Below, one piece after another: positions 50,313-57,686 of a stretch of 64,000 nt of DNA; positions within the stretch are counted from its first letter, which is position 1, and the number at the start of each line of letters is the position of its first letter. The position numbers were made by a program, and so were the translations under genes. The notes beneath the pieces are model-generated. The model saw only the letters and a list, made by a program, of their open reading frames with translations. It made no database searches and was not told where the DNA came from. This DNA comes from an uncultured Clostridia bacterium (GTDB lineage: Bacteria > Bacillota > Clostridia > Christensenellales > UBA1242), in assembly GCA_944384465.1 (NCBI GenBank), contig CALWTK010000004.1, forward strand, positions 5,257 through 69,256. Direction: 5' to 3'.

Positions 50313-50652
50313 CTTTTTCTCTCAACAAATTGTTTTTCTTCAACACGCGCAATAGTTCTGTCTCTATATCTGTAGATTTTTTGTCCGCTATAGATGGTTT
50401 TGCCGTGATGATGTAATTTTTGATAGCGAACCTATCTATATTTAATCTACATGCTTCGCTGATAATTCGCTTCACTCGGCTACGCACCACCGAATTCCCC
50501 ACTTGTTTTGACACGCTTATGCCAATCTTGGGAAATTTTCTGTACGTCTTTGTATAATGGATTATAAAATCCACAGCATGCGCCACTTCGCCCTTTTTGT
50601 ATATATAATTGAATTCTTTTCTTTTCTTTAAACGGTTTATTTTATTGAGCAT
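50305..50652 (-). CDS. rnpA: Ribonuclease P protein component
   Basis: Basic ~115-aa protein (NRLKKRKEFNYIYKKG, VVRSRVKRIIS). The ATG at 50652 lies 10 nt after AAGGAG. The track start at 50661 is a TTG too close to the RBS. Confidence 0.88.
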   Translation of the reverse strand: MLNKINRLKKRKEFNYIYKKGEVAHAVDFIIHYTKTYRKFPKIGISVSKQVGNSVVRSRVKRIISEACRLNIDRFAIKNYIITAKPSIADKKSTDIETELLRVLKKNNLLREKDV

Positions 50653-50666
50653 ATAAACCAAACTCC

Positions 50667-50801
50667 TTATCTAGACAATTCTTTTTTCCCTTTGTTCCTG
50701 CGTCTCTTTATCACTTTTCTACCAGATAAGGTCTTCATTCTCGCTCTAAAACCATGAACTTTTTTACGTTGTTTCTTTTTAGGTTGATAAGTTTGCTTCA
50801 T
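50667..50801 (-). CDS. rpmH: 50S ribosomal protein L34
   Basis: Hand translation gives [44 protein letters not shown] (44 aa). GGAGAG RBS upstream. Too short for the ORF track. Confidence 0.95.
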   Translation of the reverse strand: MKQTYQPKKKQRKKVHGFRARMKTLSGRKVIKRRRNKGKKELSR

Positions 50802-50946
50802 AGGTCTCTCCTTTTAAATTAGTATCTAAATTATGATAACAAAATTTATATTCCTTGTCAATAATAAAGGACAAAAATATTTTGTTTAAAAAAATGGAAA
50901 AAGAAAACAATTTTCTTACGAAAATATGTTTTGTTGTTAACACAAT

Positions 50947-50975
50947 AAAAAATGCTCAGTTGTTTTGAGCATTTT
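50947..50975 (-). terminator. Terminator downstream of the desulfoferrodoxin gene (bidirectional shape)
   Basis: Stem ATGCTCA/TGAGCAT extended by A/T pairs, with a 7-nt loop and flanking A- and T-runs. Confidence 0.55.
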
Positions 50976-51076
50976 ATCATTTTTATATATATTTACAATT
51001 CTCATAAATTTTGTGCGACAAAAAAATCCATGATTTTGTTATAAAGGTCGCTCTTATTCAAAAATATTATATGATA

Positions 51077-51454
51077 TTATTTAGCCCACATTGAGTGTAG
51101 ATTGCAGTAAGCAAAAACTTCAATCGGATTTTCGCCTTCAAGCAAATTGAATTTTGCTTTTGGCTCATCTCCTGACTTTAACACACGCACATAATAGCCA
51201 AGGTCGGTCAAAAGTACGATGTTTGTGATGAGGTGTTCTTTTGTCATTGGGTGCAATACTGCTCCAACCGTCACTTCAAGGATATTTTCATTTCTTTCAA
51301 CCACTGGAACATGTTTTTCTTGCGCTGCGTCAGTCTTATTAGGGCGAATTTCGTCCATCGGTTCACCACAACATACTACAGGCACTTTACTGTCTACCAT
51401 TTTGATTACTACATTGCCACAATGACGGCATCTATAAAATTTTATCTGTTTCAT
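51077..51454 (-). CDS. dfx: Desulfoferrodoxin (superoxide reductase, 2Fe type)
   Basis: N-terminal desulforedoxin domain CRHCGNVV...VVCCGEPM. C-terminal centre II residues (EKHVPV, HPMTKEH, YCNLHSMW). The ATG at 51454 follows GGAGAG. Confidence 0.9.
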   Translation of the reverse strand: MKQIKFYRCRHCGNVVIKMVDSKVPVVCCGEPMDEIRPNKTDAAQEKHVPVVERNENILEVTVGAVLHPMTKEHLITNIVLLTDLGYYVRVLKSGDEPKAKFNLLEGENPIEVFAYCNLHSMWAK

Positions 51455-51989
51455 ATTCTCTCCTTTCATTCTTTTCATTTAAAAGTCTTCTAATTTCACT
51501 TATAATGTTTTGCTCAGGAATTGTCAATCTTCTATTTTGCTCTAAATAATCCAAAATAATAATAGTATCTTTATTTGTCTTTTCTCGCCTTTCACTAGGT
51601 AGAGATTTGCTATCAATTATATTCGCCAATCTATCTGCCAGTTTGATCACCAGCGCATATTCGCTCATGGCGTACATCTTTTTAGCCAAATATTCTGCCT
51701 TGCCCACTAGATGTGGCATATATGAAGCGGATGTGACTTCCATAACCATGCTGGCAACCATCTCTCCGAAGTTGTCTACCAGTTCCCTGTATGAAGTGTA
51801 TGTATCTTCTAGAGTGTCGTGCAACAATGCTGCAGCAAGAATGGCGTCAATATTTTTAGATGGCTTATATTTCTTTACAATCTCTGCCACCAAAATTGGA
51901 TGATTGATATACGGAGTTTCCCCATCTGCACGAAATTGTCCTTCATGCTTCTTTTTGGCAAACTCTAAAACTTCATCATAATCTATCAT
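51432..51989 (-). CDS. HD-domain protein of the RelA/SpoT hydrolase type (small alarmone hydrolase-like)
   Basis: KKHEGQFRADGETPYINHPILVAEIV and ALLHDTLEDT motifs. The ATG at 51989 follows GGAGCG. Overlaps the dfx start by 23 nt. Confidence 0.7.
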   Translation of the reverse strand: MIDYDEVLEFAKKKHEGQFRADGETPYINHPILVAEIVKKYKPSKNIDAILAAALLHDTLEDTYTSYRELVDNFGEMVASMVMEVTSASYMPHLVGKAEYLAKKMYAMSEYALVIKLADRLANIIDSKSLPSERREKTNKDTIIILDYLEQNRRLTIPEQNIISEIRRLLNEKNERREYETDKIL

Positions 51990-52086
51990 ACTACGCTCCA
52001 AAATTTTCCCAAAACAATGAGGAAATTTTATTCCGTATAGTTAATCCGTATATTTTTCGTTTTAGATACAATTTATACGATACTAC

Positions 52087-52435
52087 CCTTTCTGTCCACG
52101 GTGTGTCTCCATATCTTCTCGTCGCAACTCTCCCTCTTACTTAATTGCTTTCGCAATTTTCGCTTTTGGTCGGTCGCTCCTTTTTCCCATACTTGCTTCG
52201 CTCATATGGGTCCCTTTTCGTTGTTGAAGATATTGTGCTTAGCCTTTCTGTCCTCGGGATTGTCTGTCCATATCTTCTCGTCGCAACTCTCCCTCTTACT
52301 CAATTGCTTTCGCAATCTTCGCTTTTGGTCGGTCGCTCCTTTTCCCATACTTGCTTCGCTCATATGGGTCCCTTTTCGTTGTTGAAGATATGGTGCTTAG
52401 CCTTTCTGTCCACGGGATTGTCTGTCCATATCTTC
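52087..52435 (-). repeat. Tandem repeat, 156/158-bp unit x 2.2. On the minus strand it is an inverted homologue of the module array at 54.5-55.0 kb
   Basis: Units at 52087-52242, 52243-52400 and 52401-52435 are about 95% identical. See findings for the alignment to 54651-54753. Confidence 0.9.
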
Positions 52436-52657
52436 AACAACGATGTCGAAAATTTCGCCTAAAGTTGAACAGTATTTCAACACATCCCATGGTTCGTTTG
52501 TATGGAAATGGATTTTGATTAACTCACTATCCCCCACAGCAATCAAACAGTCCCCTTTGAAATTTTTAGTAAAATAATCCCTGATTTTATCTTCATCTAG
52601 CCCTTTACCTTCAATCAAAAGTTGAGTGTCATATCTATATTCAATCATTTTTTCCAT
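52397..52657 (-). pseudogene. Internal fragment of a DAK2/FakA (YloV-like) gene
   Basis: The 86-aa ORF matches only the middle region of FakA/YloV (GDCLIAVGDSELIKIHFHTNEPWDVLKY...DIVVEDMDRQ). It lacks the DhaL N-terminal domain and the C-terminal domain, has no spaced RBS, and its 3' end runs into the tandem repeat. Confidence 0.65.
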
Positions 52658-52851
52658 CCTTTCAAAATTTGATGTATATATTATGAAATAAATGTAAAAA
52701 AAAGTAAAGCAATTTTCATAAATTTCATTTTATGCTCTTAAATTGCGAATATAAATAACTTTAACCAACAAAAAATATTAAAAATTTTGTCTACAATTGT
52801 TGAACGTGAATTAAGTTAAATTTACCGCACAAATTAGTCGTGGAGAGTATT

Positions 52852-53541
52852 ATGAAAAAATTTAAAATCTTTGTTTTCAGTCTATCTTTAGTGCTAATTA
52901 CCTCCTTGTGTGTAGCTTTGATCAATCCAAATGTAACATCCTATGCAGTAGATACTATGGATGAAGTCTGCCTTACAATTAGTGGCACTCATTCTACGAC
53001 TATCAAAGCTGACACCGCTGAGGTCCATGCTGTTGTTGAATCTGTCGGGCAGGATGCGTCTACGGTAAAAGAGGATATATTTTCTCAATTTGAGCACATC
53101 AAAAATGTCCTAATTGATGTAGGCGCAGACGAACACAAAACAAATATCACTTATTTCAACATAAATGCAAATCAAAACTGCTCGGTCTCTAGCAATTCAA
53201 TTAGTTATTGTGCGGTTTTGAATTATTCATTTACAACCAATGACATGGATAATCTTGATTCTGTGCTGAATTCACTTTTAGATAACGGAACTAAATCAAT
53301 CAGTTATATAAACTTTTCATCCACAAAATCCTATGAAACATATCAACAATCATTAAATCAAGCATTGAATATCGCTACTGAAAATGCAAAAAATATCCTT
53401 GGAAAGAACAATATACAAATCTATAAAATAAAAGAAAAGAGTTGTTATTATTCGCCCGTGCAGTACAGAAATTATGCTGATATAAGCAATATTAATCAAG
53501 ACATTGAGATTACTGCTAGTGTAGAAATTGTCTGTAGCTAA
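52852..53541 (+). CDS. SIMPL/DUF541-like secreted protein
   Basis: Signal peptide MKKFKIFVFSLSLVLITSLCVA. TISGTHSTTIKADTAEVHAVVES resembles the SIMPL family start. The ATG at 52852 follows GGAGAG. Confidence 0.5.
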   Translation: MKKFKIFVFSLSLVLITSLCVALINPNVTSYAVDTMDEVCLTISGTHSTTIKADTAEVHAVVESVGQDASTVKEDIFSQFEHIKNVLIDVGADEHKTNITYFNINANQNCSVSSNSISYCAVLNYSFTTNDMDNLDSVLNSLLDNGTKSISYINFSSTKSYETYQQSLNQALNIATENAKNILGKNNIQIYKIKEKSCYYSPVQYRNYADISNINQDIEITASVEIVCS

Positions 53542-53621
53542 AATATAAGTATGATAAAATTAAGAATAAATACGACCTAATAAGAAGATATACATTAAAT
53601 ATAACTTTAGATATAACTATC

Positions 53622-54359
53622 CTATTTTTCAATGGATTTGATAATGTTGATAGTGTTCATCGTGTTTGGAAAGCCAATGTACGGAAGACATTGCAACATA
53701 GTGGCAATCAAAACTTCCTTCGTATTCCCTACCTTTAAATTTCCTAAAACATGTGCCTTAATTTGAGAGTCAGACCTAATTGTCGTGAGAATAACCAAAA
53801 CTAGCAATTCTCGTGTCTTTATGTCTAACCCTTTTCGTGTATAAAAATCTCCAAATCCAAATTCAGTCAAATATTTTGATATTTCAGGAACATCTGTATA
53901 TTTGTCCTTTATCTCATCGCCGTATAAAGGATATTGTATATCATGCCCCGCTTTGAATCTAGTTGTTTCATTTACCGTACCCATATTTTCAAGTGGTAAT
54001 TTAATTCCCCTTGCTTTGAATACATCATTCATTGTCCCTGCCGCATTTAACGTCTTTGGAAAACCTATAAATGGTGCCAACTGATACATCGCTTCTCTAA
54101 TTTAAATTGGAGTCGCTCCCACTTGCAACGCCCCGTTGATATGTGCGGATAATTGTGGCAATGTCTGCATGGTCGCAAGAGCGGTAATCGTTATCAATTC
54201 GCGAGTCTTAAAATCAATTGCTTCACTGCTATGGAAAACATCCCCAAATATAAATCTTCTCAAAATCTCCATTAGTTCATGATCTGTCTCATTTTCAGCT
54301 TTTGGAAGTTCTCCAAATAATTTATTATAAACTTCTTTACTTAATTCAAATCTATCCAT
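53622..54359 (-). pseudogene. Two-domain carboxymuconolactone decarboxylase (AhpD-like) gene with one in-frame TAA
   Basis: ORFs 54102..54359 and 53622..54089 are in the same frame. Reading through the stop gives ...GALQVGATPI*IREAMYQLAPFIGFPK, a continuous CMD motif. The stop codon lies at 54102-54104. Confidence 0.75.
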
Positions 54360-54475
54360 ATCTTTCTCCTATATCATATATAATATCATAAATATATTTA
54401 CTTTATCTAATATTTTTATATAGATTTATTATAAGTATTTTTTTATTAATTTTCATATTTTTATAACACCGATTT

Positions 54476-55004
54476 CTTGCAAGGACTTGTTCGAAGTGGG
54501 ACTTAACGGGGTCCCCATGAAACGCATGTCGAAATGGGGTTACATTCGGGGTCCCCATAAGCACTGGTGCGCAATGGGGCTAATGTGGGCAGTTTCCCAT
54601 AAATAAAGTTTTGCGACTAGCAAAACGATAAAAAGCGATGAAAAAAGTATAGGAGTCCCACAAGTGCCCAAAGGGTACGAAGTGGGAAGAGGAGCAACAG
54701 ATCAAAAAGGCAATAATTGCGCAAGCAATTTGCCAAAAGATCAAGTTGCGACGAGGGTCCCCACGAGAACTTGTTCGCAGTGGGGAATAAAAAACGAACG
54801 CTTGTTAATGACACTTTTGCGATTATGTAAGTAATCGCTGCGTCAAAAAAGCGTGTCTCAAAAAGGGCTCCCACAAGCACTCTTGCGTAGTGGGATAAAA
54901 AAATGACCGCTTGTAAACGCCACTGTTACATTTTTTCATTGTGGTGAACTAATAATGCTTCTCCATATAAATGGGGTCCCCATTAGCACTTGTGCGCAAT
55001 GGGG
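54476..55004 (+). repeat. Array of seven ~32-nt covarying hairpin elements (period 103-110 nt), each followed by its own hairpin; candidate modular ncRNA
   Basis: Elements: ~54476-54501 (truncated), 54508-54539, 54548-54579, 54651-54687, 54754-54785, 54864-54895 and 54973-55004. There is no credible ORF, and the region is GC-richer than neighbouring spacers. Confidence 0.75.
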
Positions 55005-55007
55005 AAT

Positions 55008-55087
55008 AAAAAAACGAACGCCCATAAATCTTACTATTGCAGTTTTATATCTAAAACTGCGGTAAGTAACGGGCGATTCGTTTTTTT
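55008..55087. terminator. Extended ~30-bp hairpin flanked by A7 and T7; bidirectional terminator abutting the tRNA-Leu 3' end
   Basis: A7+CGAACGCCC (55008-55023) pairs with GGGCGATTCG+T7 (55071-55087). Inner helices are CTTAC/GTAAG and GCAGTTTTA/TAAAACTGC with loop TATC. Confidence 0.7.
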
Positions 55088-55171
55088 GGTGCGGATAACA
55101 GGACTTGAACCTGCACGAGTTGCCCCACTAGAACCTGAATCTAGCGCGTCTGCCATTCCGCCATATCCGCA
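55087..55171 (-). tRNA. tRNA-Leu (anticodon CAG), type II with long variable arm, CCA encoded
   Basis: The minus strand reads TGCGGATATGGCGGAATGGCAGACGCGCTAGATTCAGGTTCTAGTGGGGCAACTCGTGCAGGTTCAAGTCCTGTTATCCGCACCA. The anticodon stem is CTAGA/TCTAG with loop TTCAGGT. Confidence 0.9.
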
Positions 55172-55210
55172 TATTTAGTCTCTTTATGACTAAACATTTT
55201 CTCGTATGAA

Positions 55211-55239
55211 ATTGTACAAAATTTTATTCATTATGTCAA
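55211..55239 (-). promoter_or_regulatory. Near-consensus sigma-A promoter for tRNA-Leu
   Basis: On the minus strand: TTGACA (55239-55234), a 17-nt spacer ending in TG, and TACAAT (55216-55211). Confidence 0.6.
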
Positions 55240-55262
55240 TAACATATTTACTCTAATAAAAT

Positions 55263-56069
55263 TTATTTAAATCCTAAGGTTAGTTCTACGGGTAAATGGT
55301 CGCTAAATGGTAGGTTTAAAATATAACATTCCTTGATTTCGTAATTGTGTTTATTGTATAGCAAGGCATAATCTATCCTATACTTCCATGCGTTATAGTG
55401 ATTTTCGGGTAAAGTCTCCTGCCTTGAGCGATAACTTCTCCAAGTGTATTCTCTTTTCTCTGGATAAAGGGTACGAAATGTATCTACATATCCTAGAGAT
55501 AATATCTTTTTAAAAGCAGCACGCTCAATAGGAAGAAAGACAGATTTATTTTTACATTCGTTAGGGTGAGTCAAATCAATTTCGTCGTTGGCTATGTTGA
55601 AATCTCCCACACATACGACAGAATATTGAGATTTTAGTGTATTCAAATAGTCGGTCAGTTTTTCTAAAAATCTCATTTTGAAGTCTAGTCTAGAATTTCC
55701 GTTCGGGATGTATGCATTGACGACTGCCAAATTTCCATAAAAAACTGTCATCACCCTGCCTTCATTGTCTATTGGTAAATCACCTATGCCGTATGTGACC
55801 TTGTCCGGGTTGATTTTAGATAAAATCATGGTGCCTGCATATCCCGGGATTTGTCCACAATTATAGAATTTATAAAACGGATAACTTGTTTTCTCTTCAT
55901 TAAAAAGTGAAACCTGTTCATCGTCAGCAAAAATCTCACGAGTGATCTTTTCATTCGCTCGTGTCTCCTGCAGACAAAACACATCTACATCACTTGAAAT
56001 TATCCAATCGAGTAGACCAAGTTTTGTGCTCGCCCTTATTCCGTTTATGTTATAAGAAATGATTTTCAT
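55263..56069 (-). CDS. xth: Exodeoxyribonuclease III
   Basis: MKIISYNINGIRAS..., CLQETR and the C-terminal SDHLPV are EEP-family Xth motifs. The ATG at 56069 is preferred over the TTG at 56090. Confidence 0.88.
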   Translation of the reverse strand: MKIISYNINGIRASTKLGLLDWIISSDVDVFCLQETRANEKITREIFADDEQVSLFNEEKTSYPFYKFYNCGQIPGYAGTMILSKINPDKVTYGIGDLPIDNEGRVMTVFYGNLAVVNAYIPNGNSRLDFKMRFLEKLTDYLNTLKSQYSVVCVGDFNIANDEIDLTHPNECKNKSVFLPIERAAFKKILSLGYVDTFRTLYPEKREYTWRSYRSRQETLPENHYNAWKYRIDYALLYNKHNYEIKECYILNLPFSDHLPVELTLGFK

Positions 56070-56082
56070 AATAACCTTTTTT

Positions 56083-56571
56083 TTATTCAATAATACTGCT
56101 GATGTGTCTCACATTGATCAAACTACTCTTTTTCATCAGTCCTATCACTCTCACATCATCATCTATGTGATACACAATATATTGAGAACTTTTAAATAAA
56201 TTTTCTAGATGTTGTGTTTTTAGTAAATATTTGTTTTCTTTGTCATAATCAATATTTTCATAGCAAATGATGTGTATATTTTCTGTCCTTAAAAAAGGAA
56301 CATTCTTTTTGAGCCACGAGATCTTATCATTTTTCTGTTCAACGAAATGGCAACAACTAAGAATACCGACTGTCACATTTTCTGTTTCATTCAACTCTTT
56401 CATAAAATTGATGACTGTATTTATAGGACGTTTATTTAGATAATAGTCAGCAATTCGCTGTTTGTGTTCATCGGTCTTTGATACATCATATTCTGCCACG
56501 ACTCCATCCATATCAAATGACACATAGATCTTATTGCCTTTACTTAAATTCAAAATCTCTTCCTTTAACAT
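56083..56571 (-). CDS. HAD-superfamily 5'(3')-deoxyribonucleotidase-like protein
   Basis: DxDxV motif in VSFDMDGVVAEYD. About 160 aa, the size of the NT5C family. Confidence 0.5.
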   Translation of the reverse strand: MLKEEILNLSKGNKIYVSFDMDGVVAEYDVSKTDEHKQRIADYYLNKRPINTVINFMKELNETENVTVGILSCCHFVEQKNDKISWLKKNVPFLRTENIHIICYENIDYDKENKYLLKTQHLENLFKSSQYIVYHIDDDVRVIGLMKKSSLINVRHISSIIE

Positions 56572-56597
56572 ATTTGTCCTTTTTTGTTATCTAAATT

Positions 56598-57686
56598 TTA
56601 TATTAAATCAAGTTTTTGCTTAACTCTCGAATTCAGCATGTTATCTGTTCTTTCATTTATTACTTTTTCAATATTAAATTCTTTATCAAATATTAAAATT
56701 TTACATCTACATTTCTGTTTTATCTTCCCTGCATTTTTTGAAATTAGTATACCTGGATTTGTTGTTATCAATGGTAAGACATCTTCAAATTTTAGTTGTT
56801 TTTCTTTCATTAATACTTTTATTGTATGCAATAGCGTAAAAGGAGACTCTTTTTTTCTCCACCCTTTTTCCATATTTAATACGCCTAAATCTGACGAAAT
56901 TGAAATCTTAGACGTGTCTATACTTGTATCTAAAATGGCTTTTACCAAGTAATCGTATCTTTGATCATACTTTTCATGAAAAGCCGTAAAATCTAAATAA
57001 CAACCTTTGATAGCATATTCTAAAATTTTGTCTTTATATTTTTGTGCATGTGTCAATTTAAAAATTGAATACGGAACATCTGTCTCTTCAACTATTCTAT
57101 CTATCCAAGATAAATTTGAAGTATTTAGATCTCCACGCTCTGTTTCTAAATGAATATGTAGTTGCAACTTTCTTTTTAGTTTTTTGCTTAGGTTGTATGT
57201 AGTTATTGCCAACTCTTTCATTTCTTCATAGGTTGGATTGTTTGGTTTTATTGTTGTCTGTGAATTTAATGCGGTTTTTACCCCAATAACAATTTTATCT
57301 TCTAAGATTGTTTTTTCTATGTTTTCTCTATATACTTTGCTACCAGCTAGACAATAAGTATCTATCCCTAACTTTCTTAATCTCTTTGCCGTTTTAATAT
57401 TCTTTTCAACAAAATTTTGCCCATTCTCATTTGCCAAAACACCTACAACAGTTCCAACTCCTGAATTTATTATATCAATAGGGTCATAATATTCAGTATA
57501 TATGATATGTTCATGCCCATCGATAAACTCAGGACAAACAATCTTACCTTTGCAATCAATTATTTCATCAAAATTTTCATTTCCTTTATATTTTCCAATA
57601 TATACAATTTTTCCATTGTTTATTATTATATCCTGTATGCCTTCATGTTTTGGAGTATATAAATCTGCATTTTTTAATAAAATCAT
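56598..57686 (-). CDS. Amidohydrolase, isoaspartyl dipeptidase (IadA)-like
   Basis: The N-terminus LLKNADLYTPKHEGIQDIIINNGKIVYIG...KGKIVCPEFIDGHEH parallels the IadA/dihydroorotase composite domain plus HxH. The ATG at 57686 follows AAGGAG. Confidence 0.6.
   Translation of the reverse strand: MILLKNADLYTPKHEGIQDIIINNGKIVYIGKYKGNENFDEIIDCKGKIVCPEFIDGHEHIIYTEYYDPIDIINSGVGTVVGVLANENGQNFVEKNIKTAKRLRKLGIDTYCLAGSKVYRENIEKTILEDKIVIGVKTALNSQTTIKPNNPTYEEMKELAITTYNLSKKLKRKLQLHIHLETERGDLNTSNLSWIDRIVEETDVPYSIFKLTHAQKYKDKILEYAIKGCYLDFTAFHEKYDQRYDYLVKAILDTSIDTSKISISSDLGVLNMEKGWRKKESPFTLLHTIKVLMKEKQLKFEDVLPLITTNPGILISKNAGKIKQKCRCKILIFDKEFNIEKVINERTDNMLNSRVKQKLDLI

Noticed and set aside
50802-51076. oriC adjacent to rpmH.
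   Set aside because: No TTATCCACA-like boxes are found. The spacer is explained by the rpmH promoter region and the dfx terminator (50947-50975).
52101-52462. Two + strand ORFs (94 and 105 aa) with internally repeated peptide sequence.
   Set aside because: They are by-products of the tandem DNA repeat. Indels between repeat copies shift the frame, so no frame is conserved, and there is no RBS.
54617-54880. 87-aa ORF on the minus strand spanning the module array.
   Set aside because: It has no RBS. It runs across three repeat elements and their hairpins, its composition is odd, and it is better explained as a chance ORF in GC-richer non-coding DNA.
54508-55004. Possible CRISPR array, because of repeated ~32-nt palindromic elements with unique DNA between them.
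   Set aside because: The repeats are degenerate rather than near-identical. Spacing is 103-110 nt, with one 40-nt interval, instead of about 60-75 nt. The spacers themselves share homology and hairpins. No cas genes or leader are visible in the window.
56584-56952. 122-aa + strand ORF, and similar antisense ORFs listed inside long genes throughout the window.
   Set aside because: They lie entirely within the better-supported minus-strand amidohydrolase gene. They are hydrophobic and low-complexity, have no RBS, and are a typical AT-rich antisense artefact.
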